Shown here: positions 26,482 through 35,515 of the stretch, one piece after another
How positions within the stretch are numbered: the first letter of the stretch is position 1
Layout: each line of letters opens with the position of its first letter
IMG/VR virus record: IMGVR_UViG_3300021255_004328
Origin: a virus
Lineage: Duplodnaviria > Heunggongvirae > Uroviricota > Caudoviricetes
Direction: 5' to 3' (one strand)
DNA length: 64,000 nucleotides
The notes under the pieces: generated by a model
The model's input: only the letters and a program-made list of their open reading frames with translations
What the model was told of the DNA's origin: nothing
Database searches by the model: none
Position numbers and translations under genes: made by a program

Positions 26482-28209
26482 TTAGTTACAAAATCCTATC
26501 CTTGAACTGCCTTCGTTTCCTAGTTTTTCTTTCTTACAGAAATCAAGCAATTCATCTACACTAGGCATCTTACCGTAGAGTAGGTAATCGATTTCTGACT
26601 TGCGATAAATGTTATCAATCTGTCCGCCTGATAAGTCATAGCGTTCAGCCAATTTTGTGGCATCATTGTCGTCAAGCCAGTTCAAACGGTCTTTCCAAAT
26701 TTTCACCTTAACAGGCACGTTCGGATTTTCGAACTTCAATTTGAAAAGGAGTCTTCGGTCAAACGCAGAGTCAATGTCTGTGGCGCGGTTAGTCGTTGCA
26801 ATAAAGATACCGTCAAACTTTTCAAGTTCTTCAAGAAGCAAGTTTTGAATTGCATTCTCCATTTTTGTTACCGCTGCATTTGAACCGTCTACTGATGTTC
26901 TTTTTGAGATAATTGCATCAGCCTCATTGAAAAGAAGTATAGGCTTAATCTTTGCTTTTGAGGCATAATAAGATTTGAAGATTGCCTTGATGTTCTTTTC
27001 ACTTTCACCCACCCAACAACTTTTTATTTGTTCAATGTTCAAATGATACACATCGCGTCCTGTCTTTCTTGCGAGCTGCATAACTGTTTCAGTCTTACCT
27101 GTCCCAGGTGCTCCGTATAAAAGTACTGTAAGGCCTTTAGGTAATCCCTTTTCATCAAGACGCTTTCTCAATTCAAGGTAATTTTCTTCCTTCATAATAC
27201 TTTCAAGACGTTCAATGTCTTTTTCATTGGACTCATTGTAATATAAGTTTTTTGACTTAATGTCCTTAAATTCAATCTTCTGTAATTCTTTGCCTGAGCT
27301 TTCCTGAAGCAACAAGTCTTCGTAGCCCTTAAATGCTTCAAGAACTCTAGGTCCCCATACAACTTCAATGTTGTCAGCGATGTCAGTCTTATCCAATTCA
27401 AAGTATTCTCTCTTAATAAGAACTGACTTTTCTGTTTTTATTTCATTAAGTTCATAGATAATGTCGTTTGTTGAAACATCATAATCAGAAAGCACACCTT
27501 TTACTGATGCTGTCTTTTCAGTCCAAAGCTGACGAGCAAGCATACAAAAGTAGAGGAAAATTTTCCAATCGCCGCAAGGGTCAATTACGATAATGTCATT
27601 GTTATCAACATCCACCTCTTCACAGCCTCTTCCTTTAGGACCCATATCAACTAAGTCACTTACAAGTTTTTTAACCCAAGGGTCCTTCATATAAGGCGCA
27701 ACGTGGTGAGACATACTGTACTTTGAACGCAGCATTCTTTTAGGAAGATTGTAAAGTGATGAAACAAAGTCAACTGCATTGTAAATTTTGTCTGAATATG
27801 TTGGCTTATAATCTTCAATTGGCTTGTTATAAGTTATCAAGTCAATAAGCTCTTCGTCTACTGTAAAAGCAGTCCATCTGTCAACTTTTTGATACTTAGG
27901 GTCAAACTTAATTTTGTCTCTTAAGCAGAAGAGACCTCTTTTGAGCAGATTTTCGATTGTAGGAATATAAGAAAGAGTCTCTGTCATTGAAACATCGACA
28001 TCACGGTTAATATCTTCAAGCGTAAAATAAGAACAACTTTCTTCAATCTTTCTGTAAGTAAAATAAGCAAAAAGAACTGCTTCTTCCTTATCAACGTGGA
28101 AGTACTCCATAAGTTGAGTAATCTCTTTTGAGTCAGGAATTTCGATTTTATTCTTACGATAAACAGTCATACAAACTTTGTTTATCGCAGAGAAAGTTGT
28201 TGCACCCAT
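26482..28209 (-). CDS. AAA+ ATPase with a classic AAA C-terminal module and an N-terminal domain of unknown function of about 340 aa
   Basis: LLYGAPGTGKT is Walker A. ILLFNEAD is Walker B. TTNRATDIDSAFDRR is the SRH region. Confidence 0.8.
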   Translation of the reverse strand: MGATTFSAINKVCMTVYRKNKIEIPDSKEITQLMEYFHVDKEEAVLFAYFTYRKIEESCSYFTLEDINRDVDVSMTETLSYIPTIENLLKRGLFCLRDKIKFDPKYQKVDRWTAFTVDEELIDLITYNKPIEDYKPTYSDKIYNAVDFVSSLYNLPKRMLRSKYSMSHHVAPYMKDPWVKKLVSDLVDMGPKGRGCEEVDVDNNDIIVIDPCGDWKIFLYFCMLARQLWTEKTASVKGVLSDYDVSTNDIIYELNEIKTEKSVLIKREYFELDKTDIADNIEVVWGPRVLEAFKGYEDLLLQESSGKELQKIEFKDIKSKNLYYNESNEKDIERLESIMKEENYLELRKRLDEKGLPKGLTVLLYGAPGTGKTETVMQLARKTGRDVYHLNIEQIKSCWVGESEKNIKAIFKSYYASKAKIKPILLFNEADAIISKRTSVDGSNAAVTKMENAIQNLLLEELEKFDGIFIATTNRATDIDSAFDRRLLFKLKFENPNVPVKVKIWKDRLNWLDDNDATKLAERYDLSGGQIDNIYRKSEIDYLLYGKMPSVDELLDFCKKEKLGNEGSSRIGFCN

Positions 28210-28210
28210 T

Positions 28211-28342
28211 TTATTTTTCCTTTTTGTTAATTAGATATTCAAAGAGTAAGCTTAAAATAACTACAGTAATGACAACGACTGAACTTACAACTTTGTAATT
28301 CCAGCCGAAGTGACTACATAACATTCCAAGTGGTGAGTCCAT
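28211..28342 (-). CDS. micro-ORF of 43 aa encoding a single-TM peptide
   Basis: The sequence MDSPLGMLCSHFGWNYKVVSSVVVITVVILSLLFEYLINKKEK. It is packed tightly between two genes with 1-nt junctions. Confidence 0.35.
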   Translation of the reverse strand: MDSPLGMLCSHFGWNYKVVSSVVVITVVILSLLFEYLINKKEK

Positions 28343-28845
28343 TAAAGTTCCTTTTCAACTACAAGGTCGTGAGACTTAAGAATGTTAAGCACGCCTTCAA
28401 GGCAGTATGTTTTCTTCTTAAACCAATCTTCTTTTGGCAATTTGTCGTTGTTGTGTGTATAAGGACTTTTACCATTGTCCCAAGAAGCCCACCCAATGTA
28501 ATCAGCGTAATTTGGTCCCAGAGTCTTCAAAAACCCTACAACTTCATCAAGCACTTCAACGAGAGGCGGAGCATAAAAAGTTGCGTGGCTTGCAGAATAT
28601 GAACTTGAAGAAAAATAATCAATAAGTCCACCTCTAAGGGCAAACCGTTTGTAGCCTTTCGCCTGTGCTTCCTTATAAGGAATACAATAAACTTGACAAG
28701 GATTTCCGCAGCTTTCCAAAGCAGTGCTTAAAATACTAAACTTCTTTACGCCGCCATAAACTTTCTGCAGCTCCTTTGTTGATTTATATACTTTTCTTAC
28801 GCCGCCAATCTTTTCAATCTCGGCAAAAATCTGTGATTCTGTCAT
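28342..28845 (-). CDS. hypothetical protein
   Basis: ORF. Confidence 0.5.
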   Translation of the reverse strand: MTESQIFAEIEKIGGVRKVYKSTKELQKVYGGVKKFSILSTALESCGNPCQVYCIPYKEAQAKGYKRFALRGGLIDYFSSSSYSASHATFYAPPLVEVLDEVVGFLKTLGPNYADYIGWASWDNGKSPYTHNNDKLPKEDWFKKKTYCLEGVLNILKSHDLVVEKEL

Positions 28846-29216
28846 TACATCTCCTTGATTGTCTTGAGGTCATTGTCATTTGTATAATAATACTTGCCGT
28901 AAGTTTTAATCTTGCGTTCAGCGATTGAACCTTCAACCAACTGACGAGCATATTTTTTAATCTTGCGGGCAAGAATTGCGTCCTGTTTAGGTGAAAGATA
29001 GCCTTTATACTTAAACTGCTTTGCAAGGCTTGTAAGGAACTGAGCATCACTGCCTGTGAACCCGATACCATTATAATGATTTGTTGACTCAGAAACCTGT
29101 TCATCACGGGTCTGATTTTCAAAAATACGAAGTAAAGCCCGAGCACGAACATTTGGGTTTGTTTCAAGATTTTTCTTCATCTGTTCAACAATCTGTTCTT
29201 TGGCAGTAAAAATCAT
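28845..29216 (-). CDS. hypothetical protein
   Basis: ORF downstream of promoter A copy 5. Confidence 0.5.
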   Translation of the reverse strand: MIFTAKEQIVEQMKKNLETNPNVRARALLRIFENQTRDEQVSESTNHYNGIGFTGSDAQFLTSLAKQFKYKGYLSPKQDAILARKIKKYARQLVEGSIAERKIKTYGKYYYTNDNDLKTIKEM

Positions 29217-29237
29217 AGTATCCTCCTTAAACTGACA

Positions 29238-29275
29238 AATATAATATAAAGAGGATACTTTGAAAGTTTAATTTT
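29238..29275 (-). promoter_or_regulatory. Family-A promoter
   Basis: The minus-strand sequence is AAAATTAAACTTTCAAAGTATCCTCTTTATATTATATTT. Confidence 0.6.
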
Positions 29276-29720
29276 CGATAAATAAAATTTCTACGTCAAC
29301 ATCCTTGAAAACATCCTTTATAATGTCTTCAATTTTGTTCCAATCTCTTTTATCATAACTTCCGCAGCAAATATGTGGAAAAACCAACTTTCTTGTGATA
29401 ACTGAACCACTGTTTTTAATTTCAGAGGCAAGCGTTTTAAGAGCTGAAGCAATGTTGTTATATTCTGGGATTTGCTGAGGTAACGCTTTTACAACTAAGG
29501 CGTGAAACTTTTCTCCACCCTTATCAAAAGATACGCAGTAACCATTGCCGCGCCACTTTGATGCTTCAACAGGGATTGACTTCAAAGTTGCCTCAATACC
29601 ATACCTATCATCAAACTGTTTACAAATACCTACATCACACTTAAAAGTGGAGTCAAGTGCAAAAACAAACTCATAGCCAAACTGAGTAAAAATGTCGCCT
29701 TTAGCATAATTCACATTCAT
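29268..29720 (-). CDS. divergent macro-domain (ADP-ribose-binding/processing) protein
   Basis: NYAKGDIF followed by FVFALDS...CDVGIC fits the GDIT...VNAAN...GGGV pattern. KLVFPHICCGSYD fits aFPaIstGiyG. The start was chosen at MNVNYAKGD. Confidence 0.45.
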   Translation of the reverse strand: MNVNYAKGDIFTQFGYEFVFALDSTFKCDVGICKQFDDRYGIEATLKSIPVEASKWRGNGYCVSFDKGGEKFHALVVKALPQQIPEYNNIASALKTLASEIKNSGSVITRKLVFPHICCGSYDKRDWNKIEDIIKDVFKDVDVEILFIEN

Positions 29721-30082
29721 TATTGTCTCCTTAAAATTGCCCAATCTCCGTAAGTGCAATCATTGATATTTTTCTTTTTATTCCCTAATACATAAGGGAT
29801 TAAAATCCCAACTGCAACTTGTCTTGTAGGTTGTGAGTATCTTTCCAACTCTTTACAAAAAGATGCTACGCCTTTTTTAGGATCTTCCCAAAGCCACTCA
29901 ATCCTACGACAGAGGAACTCATAATCAGCTTCAGTTCCGTCAGCCTTTTTATATTTAATTGTATCGCGGCCTGTCTCGCAAGCATACAAATCAAGATTGT
30001 ACTTTTTTGCAAGTCGGTTCATTTTCAAAAACCAGAAATGAACTTTAAGCAAAGTAAACTTAGGATAATATACCCGCCGCAT
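29720..30082 (-). CDS. hypothetical protein, about 121 aa
   Basis: The internal start at 30082 avoids overlapping the thyX-like gene. Confidence 0.4.
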   Translation of the reverse strand: MRRVYYPKFTLLKVHFWFLKMNRLAKKYNLDLYACETGRDTIKYKKADGTEADYEFLCRRIEWLWEDPKKGVASFCKELERYSQPTRQVAVGILIPYVLGNKKKNINDCTYGDWAILRRQ

Positions 30083-30116
30083 TTCTTTCTTTTGATTGAA
30101 AATTAAAAGCTTTTTA

Positions 30117-30821
30117 TCAGCTCTTGTCAACTTTCTCATATTTGAATTCCATCTGTTTTTGAGGTGCTCTTCCACAACATTTTGTTTCAGTACAGAAACC
30201 AACCATTTCACACTTTGGTCTGAAAAGATGCGCTGAAATAACTGCCCACTCTTCAGAGTAGTTTTCCAAAGCATATTTGATTTCCAATGAAAGGGCGCGG
30301 ATTTCCCAATATGCTCTTGAACACAAACGCATATTCATAAAATGAACAAGTGTTCGAAGATTAACTTTCCAAACCATTTTTGTTTTATATGCAAGCGGCA
30401 AAAGATTTGTCAAGTCTTCGTTTGGGACTCCATATTCTTTCAAGATTCTCATTGCGCTTCTGATTGTTTCAACTGTTGAATTCCATACAGTCAAAGCATC
30501 TTGATTTTTTCCAATTGAAGGCGGTGTCACAACATCAACACCTTTCTTCTCGTAATCAATATAACGAGTTGAAGCCTGCAATCTTGTAGGAGCTCCACCT
30601 ATATGTGTATAAAGCTCACGAATACACTTTGCTGAGTAGCCATCAAGAACAAGATAAACATCAGGAAACTCTTCAGTTCTTTCGTGTCCTGAGACGATAC
30701 AATCAATTGCTCGAGCAATGTTCTTTTCTTTGTCTTTGATGTTTGCGCCCCAGCAAATACCTGCAAACTCTCCAATCATTTGAAGTGGAGTTTTTGTTGT
30801 GCACTCTTTAACTTCAACCAT
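30117..30821 (-). CDS. ThyX-family (flavin-dependent thymidylate synthase fold) protein with a non-canonical active-site motif
   Basis: SGHERTEEF aligns to HESxxEH. YTHIGGAPTRLQASTRY aligns to the RHRx7S..RY motif, but the RHR is replaced by THI. Confidence 0.55.
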   Translation of the reverse strand: MVEVKECTTKTPLQMIGEFAGICWGANIKDKEKNIARAIDCIVSGHERTEEFPDVYLVLDGYSAKCIRELYTHIGGAPTRLQASTRYIDYEKKGVDVVTPPSIGKNQDALTVWNSTVETIRSAMRILKEYGVPNEDLTNLLPLAYKTKMVWKVNLRTLVHFMNMRLCSRAYWEIRALSLEIKYALENYSEEWAVISAHLFRPKCEMVGFCTETKCCGRAPQKQMEFKYEKVDKS

Positions 30822-31099
30822 TACTCAACAACCTCATAAGTTTGCTCAAAGATGTCTGGCTTGCAGAAGTAGTATTCGCTTTTAACACCACGAATAACAA
30901 AATCTCCGACAGTTGCTGCGTGCTTTACTCTTCCGCCAACGCCATCTTCCAAAGTTTTGATAATCAATTCACCATTCTCAAGATAAACGTCATCACCCGC
31001 AAACCTTTTCACTTCATCATAATTTGTTCCTGTCCACTGAATTGCCGCAATCGTTACAGGCTTCTTTCTAAAAATATGTTCTTCTTTTGAAAAGTCCAT
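30821..31099 (-). CDS. small conserved protein, paralogue of 12424..12723
   Basis: It shares RKKPVTIAAIQWTGTNYDEVKRF...VGDFVIRGV with the 12424 ORF. It directly abuts the thyX-like start. Confidence 0.55.
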   Translation of the reverse strand: MDFSKEEHIFRKKPVTIAAIQWTGTNYDEVKRFAGDDVYLENGELIIKTLEDGVGGRVKHAATVGDFVIRGVKSEYYFCKPDIFEQTYEVVE

Positions 31100-31121
31100 A
31101 AAATCCTCTTTATTTTATATT

Positions 31122-31148
31122 AACAAAAAGGCGGGCCGAAACCCGCCA
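31122..31148 (-). terminator. rho-independent terminator GGCGGGTTTCGGCCCGCC followed by a T-run
   Basis: The hairpin and T-tract are seen directly in the sequence. Confidence 0.7.
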
Positions 31149-31172
31149 AAACTTTATTAACTGTTTATTTTG

Positions 31173-32810
31173 TTATTCACTTTTTGTGTTCTTTGCTGTT
31201 TTTGTTGCAGCATCGATAGCAGCACCAAGTTCTTTGCCTGCGAGTTTACCTGCGAGCATTGATGATACAACTCCACCAAGGTCGATACCAAGTGAGTCTT
31301 TCAAGCCGCTTGCAACCTGTGTGATTGTCTTTGTGATGTTGCCTGTAAGCATTTCACCACTTGAGCCGTCTTTTCCGCCACCATAGATTGTAACGTTTCC
31401 AACTTTGCTCCAAGGTTCTGCTGCAGCTCTTGCCATTTCAGGCAACTGTGTAAAGAGAACTTTCAAAGTATCAAGTTCCATCTGCATCTTAGCAGCATCG
31501 CCATACTGCTTCATAGCTTCAGCCTTTTCTTTCAAACCTTCTGCCTCAGCAAGGGCCTTCTGTTTGATACCGTCTGCTTCAGCAAGCAACTTTGCTTTTA
31601 CTGCGGCAGCTTCAGCTTCACCCTTTGCCTGAATGGCTTCAGCAAGAGCTTTCTGACCTTCGGCTTCTGCAACCTTTGCTTTCTTTTCAGCATCAGCTTT
31701 TGCAATCAAAGCTTCAGCAGACTTTTCCTGTTCATACTTTTCAGCTTCAGCTTTCTTCTGAAGAGTAATAAGATCTGCTTCCGCATTGCGTTCGCGTTCA
31801 ATCTTTTCAGCCTCAGCAGCCTTTGTTCTTTCGTAAAGTTCAGCATCAGCCTTTGTCTGTGCAGCATACTTTTCAGCATCAGCTTGCTTCTTGATTTCGG
31901 CATCAAGGGCTTTTTCCTTGATTGCGATTTCCTGATCCTTCAACTCAGTCTCTTTTTCAAGACGGGCGATTTCGGCATTCTGCTTTGTGATTTCGATTGT
32001 CTTACGCTGTGTTTCTTTTTCGATAGCACCTGCAGCTTCAGACTTTGCAACTTCCTTCAAGCGGGCAGCTTCGAGTTCAGCTTTACGAACTTCAAGAGCG
32101 TTGTTCTTTTCAGCGATTGCTGTATCTGCTGCAACCTTTGCATCGTTTGCTTCCTCACGAGCTTTTGCTTCTGCAACAGCAACTTCCTTGTTGGCATTTG
32201 CCTTTGCAATAGAAGCATTCTTCTGAATTGTTGCGATGTTGTCGATACCGAGGTTGTTGATTACACCCTGCTCGTCGCTGAAGTTCTGAACATTGAATGA
32301 TACAATCTCGAGACCCATACGGTCCAAGTCAGGAACGGCATTCTGCTGAACAGCTTCCGCAAAAGTTTTACGGTCGTTCATCATAGCCTTCAAAGACATT
32401 GTTCCAACAATTTCACGCAAGTTACCTTCAAGAACTTCGCGGGCGGTTGCATTGATGTCGCGGGCGTCTTTATTCAAGAAGTGCTGTGCAGCTTTGGCCA
32501 AGGCATCTTCGGAAGTTCCAATCTTGATGTTTGCAACAGCATCAACTGAAATGTTGATACACTCTGCAGTAGGAACAGCTTCCTGTGTCTTTACATCGAC
32601 AGAAATCAAATCAAGGGTAAGTTCATCTTTACGTTCAAGGAATGGGATACGGAAACCAGACTTACCGATAACTTTACGGGCGGTCTTTCTCAAACCTGAA
32701 ATAACGTAACACTTGTTTGTTGGCGCTTTGAAGTAACCAACAAAGAACATAATCATAAGGAGAACAAAAAGTGTTGCTCCTCCTACAATCGCAAATACCA
32801 TCATTTGCAA
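31173..32810 (-). CDS. flotillin/SPFH (band-7) family membrane protein
   Basis: An N-terminal TM helix, an SPFH-like domain, and a roughly 250-aa Ala/Glu/Lys coiled coil with EA repeats, as in FloT/YqiK. Confidence 0.7.
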   Translation of the reverse strand: MQMMVFAIVGGATLFVLLMIMFFVGYFKAPTNKCYVISGLRKTARKVIGKSGFRIPFLERKDELTLDLISVDVKTQEAVPTAECINISVDAVANIKIGTSEDALAKAAQHFLNKDARDINATAREVLEGNLREIVGTMSLKAMMNDRKTFAEAVQQNAVPDLDRMGLEIVSFNVQNFSDEQGVINNLGIDNIATIQKNASIAKANANKEVAVAEAKAREEANDAKVAADTAIAEKNNALEVRKAELEAARLKEVAKSEAAGAIEKETQRKTIEITKQNAEIARLEKETELKDQEIAIKEKALDAEIKKQADAEKYAAQTKADAELYERTKAAEAEKIERERNAEADLITLQKKAEAEKYEQEKSAEALIAKADAEKKAKVAEAEGQKALAEAIQAKGEAEAAAVKAKLLAEADGIKQKALAEAEGLKEKAEAMKQYGDAAKMQMELDTLKVLFTQLPEMARAAAEPWSKVGNVTIYGGGKDGSSGEMLTGNITKTITQVASGLKDSLGIDLGGVVSSMLAGKLAGKELGAAIDAATKTAKNTKSE

Positions 32811-32825
32811 CCTCCAAAAAATAAT

Positions 32826-33644
32826 TTAAAAATATTTATATTCAGCTTTGAAACTGAAATTTCTTCCGATGTCTTCAACAGAAAAGCCTTGTTCCTGTGT
32901 TAATGATATTAACATACCATTTACGGCTTTCCCTAAAGATTTATAAGTTTTGATATTTACAGGCATCATTTCACGGGTCTGCTTGTCAATATAATAAAAA
33001 ATAAAATTATGGTCAGCAGTTTCTGCAATCACAGGCAGTTGTCGAGTCTTAAAAGCCTCACCTGTAATTCTTACAAAGCCATTATGATAACTGCGGGAAT
33101 TATGCTGTGCTTCTTTAACGCCTGCAATAATTGCATTCCATCTTTGCTGAATTTTTCTGTCTGAAAGAATACCTGCTTTCTTTGTTTTCCAAGGCCTTGT
33201 AAGGCATTTGTCCAAAACATCTTGAGGAACGACTTCACAAATTGAATTGAGTTTTCTTTCAACTTCTTTTATATGATTTCTTATTTGAATAACTTCAGTT
33301 GCCTGAGCTTTCCAAGCGTCTCTTATAATATGATAGGAATTTACTGCTTGTCGAAGTTTTTCCAAAGTTGCATCACTACGAAGCCCACTTCTATAATTTG
33401 CAAAAGAAAACGCCAAATGCTTTTTTGCATCTTCAATTTCAATCTGTTTATGATGCGCTTCACATCTTGCAGCAACAAGGTCTTCTCGCAAGTGAGCCAA
33501 CTTATTTATATAATCTTCACGAATTGAATTGTGATAAGAGTGAGAACAATACCTGAATTTCTGCTGTGTATAATCAAAGATATATCTTGCAGGCTCTTCT
33601 GTGGTAATAAAGTGTTTCTTCGCAAGTCGTACTTTTTTGTCCAT
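32826..33644 (-). CDS. hypothetical protein, 272 aa
   Basis: ORF immediately downstream of the flotillin-like gene. Confidence 0.5.
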   Translation of the reverse strand: MDKKVRLAKKHFITTEEPARYIFDYTQQKFRYCSHSYHNSIREDYINKLAHLREDLVAARCEAHHKQIEIEDAKKHLAFSFANYRSGLRSDATLEKLRQAVNSYHIIRDAWKAQATEVIQIRNHIKEVERKLNSICEVVPQDVLDKCLTRPWKTKKAGILSDRKIQQRWNAIIAGVKEAQHNSRSYHNGFVRITGEAFKTRQLPVIAETADHNFIFYYIDKQTREMMPVNIKTYKSLGKAVNGMLISLTQEQGFSVEDIGRNFSFKAEYKYF

Positions 33645-33653
33645 AAATAAATA

Positions 33654-34226
33654 TTAACCTACATTTACATTTATTTTATCGAAGTCTTCTTCTGAAACTT
33701 CTTCCCAATCTTCCATAAAAGGAATTGCAGGATTTCCATCAACATCTGCTGCCTTTCTGAACTTCACTGGATCTGAAGTAAAAAGTTCGCGGAAAATCCA
33801 ATCGCCTTCTTTTAAGATAAGCTGATAGGTGTAAGTATCATCTTTTTGGATTGAAAACCAATAAACCTCACCTTCATACCAACCGTCTCTTTCAAGAATA
33901 AGTTCAGGAGTCCATTTAGACCATTTACCTTGATCTCCCCAGCGTGGAGCACTAATCTTATTTTGTTCCTTTACAGGAAGCTTATCATAAGGTGTGCCGT
34001 TTTCTTCGTCGTGGTAATATGTATAAGAGCCTTGCTCAATAAGCCACTGAGCGTGTTTGTAAGCGTCAGCTCTTGACTTTTCGCTGTCAATACGACCGCC
34101 GTAAGCTTTTATGAAAGCACGAGCAACTTCCAATCCCTGGAGAGAAAACTTCATTGCAATTCCCTTAGGACCGCAGCCGTTAAAATAATTTGTATTCTTA
34201 AAAAACTTCTTTTCCATTTCTACCAT
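33654..34226 (-). CDS. hypothetical protein
   Basis: ORF. Confidence 0.5.
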   Translation of the reverse strand: MVEMEKKFFKNTNYFNGCGPKGIAMKFSLQGLEVARAFIKAYGGRIDSEKSRADAYKHAQWLIEQGSYTYYHDEENGTPYDKLPVKEQNKISAPRWGDQGKWSKWTPELILERDGWYEGEVYWFSIQKDDTYTYQLILKEGDWIFRELFTSDPVKFRKAADVDGNPAIPFMEDWEEVSEEDFDKINVNVG

Positions 34227-34687
34227 CTCCTGTAGTGGAAGCCTGCAGCGTAGGCGCGGTTTGCAGCTTTAACATTTTCTGTTGCCTGAAGTTCAAACTT
34301 TGAACAAAGTTCATTGTAATGAAGTTCAAGATAATCAAAACGATTTGCTTTTTCTTTTTCGCCTTCAGCTTCAAGCTTTGACAGTTCGTCATCGTTCAAG
34401 AAGCCGTTTTCAGAGAGGATACGCTGTATCTGATAAAGCTGATTGTTTGAAACATATCCCTTTTCATTTATCTGACGAACAACTGAGGTAGTAAAACCTT
34501 TTACGAAGGTTGACTTTGTGGCCTCAAGAATTTTGTTTGCAGAAAGAACAAATCTGTCCATAAGAGCATTACGAACATAATTATAAGGATTGAGATAATC
34601 AGGACAGTCCTTTGAAAAAACAAATAAACGGATTGCTTCCTTGTGAACACGGGCTTCAAACTTCTCTTCCCTTTCAGCTTTTGTCAT
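34220..34687 (-). CDS. hypothetical protein
   Basis: ORF downstream of promoter A copy 6. Confidence 0.5.
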   Translation of the reverse strand: MTKAEREEKFEARVHKEAIRLFVFSKDCPDYLNPYNYVRNALMDRFVLSANKILEATKSTFVKGFTTSVVRQINEKGYVSNNQLYQIQRILSENGFLNDDELSKLEAEGEKEKANRFDYLELHYNELCSKFELQATENVKAANRAYAAGFHYRRW

Positions 34688-34700
34688 AATATCCTCCTTT

Positions 34701-34740
34701 TAATAATAATATAAAAGTCAACTTACTGAAGTTTAAATTT
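34701..34740 (-). promoter_or_regulatory. Family-A promoter
   Basis: The minus-strand sequence is AAATTTAAACTTCAGTAAGTTGACTTTTATATTATTATTA. Confidence 0.55.
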
Positions 34741-35037
34741 ATCGAAAACATTTATGTACTTTTTATTTGCGTTGTAGCCTTCTGTCAGGTAAGTTCTTTG
34801 AAGGCCTTTCTTTCCGTTGCCTTCAATATAAAGTCCTGCGGCGTTTTTCTGAACACGAAGCTCAGGTCCAAAATGATTATTCAAATCAGGCTGAACTTCA
34901 AACTCTGTTGAAGAAATTTTGTTGTATGGCTTAAGACCGACTGCTTGAACTGTTTCTGTTCTTTTTGTCAGTTTTGTTGTTTCAAAAAACCTGTAATAAA
35001 CACCTGCTGCTGTTTTTATCTCTGCAACATAAACCAT
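34723..35037 (-). CDS. hypothetical protein, about 104 aa
   Basis: The start was chosen at the ATG at 35037, with AAGGAGGA 7 nt upstream. Confidence 0.45.
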   Translation of the reverse strand: MVYVAEIKTAAGVYYRFFETTKLTKRTETVQAVGLKPYNKISSTEFEVQPDLNNHFGPELRVQKNAAGLYIEGNGKKGLQRTYLTEGYNANKKYINVFDKFKLQ

Positions 35038-35047
35038 AACATCCTCC

Positions 35048-35341
35048 TTAAGCTGAGTAGCAACTTTCAAGACAATCCTGAAGCCAATCTGAATAAGAAC
35101 CGTTTCCATTCAAATATGACTGACGAAAACCATTTTCCCAAATAGGATAATACTTATCGTGAAGTCTTTTGAAAAGTACATCATCTTTTGGCTGCAAAAG
35201 CCAATTTTCACCACGTTCACAGCTGTCTTCATATTCAACATACCACTGCATTTTGTCAAGATTGCCGCAGTCAGCTGCTATTTGGTCCGCAACTTCGCTT
35301 GAGCGTTTCATTTCATCTAAAGAACTGTAATACATAGGCAA
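35048..35341 (-). CDS. hypothetical protein
   Basis: ORF downstream of promoter A copy 7. Confidence 0.5.
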   Translation of the reverse strand: MPMYYSSLDEMKRSSEVADQIAADCGNLDKMQWYVEYEDSCERGENWLLQPKDDVLFKRLHDKYYPIWENGFRQSYLNGNGSYSDWLQDCLESCYSA

Positions 35342-35352
35342 TCCTCCTTACA

Positions 35353-35390
35353 GATATAATATAAAGAAGTTGACTGTAAAGTTTAATTTT
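35353..35390 (-). promoter_or_regulatory. Family-A promoter
   Basis: The minus-strand sequence is AAAATTAAACTTTACAGTCAACTTCTTTATATTATATCTG. Confidence 0.6.
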
Positions 35391-35394
35391 ATCC

Positions 35395-35417
35395 TGACAT
35401 TTTGACAAAAAATGTCA
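35395..35417. promoter_or_regulatory. palindrome TGACATTTT-gacaa-AAAATGTCA in a 190-bp intergenic region
   Basis: A perfect 9-bp inverted repeat seen directly in the sequence. Confidence 0.4.
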
Positions 35418-35476
35418 ATATAATTTTTGAACTATAATGGAGGGAATAAATATGAATTAAGAGGATAAATTTATTT

Positions 35477-35515
35477 AAAATAAAAAAGGACAAATCCTTG
35501 CGAATTTGTCCTTTC
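35477..35515 (-). terminator. rho-independent terminator AAAGGACAAAT-tcgcaagg-ATTTGTCCTTT followed by TTTTTTATTTT
   Basis: The hairpin and T-tract lie after the stop of the 690-aa gene. Confidence 0.7.
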
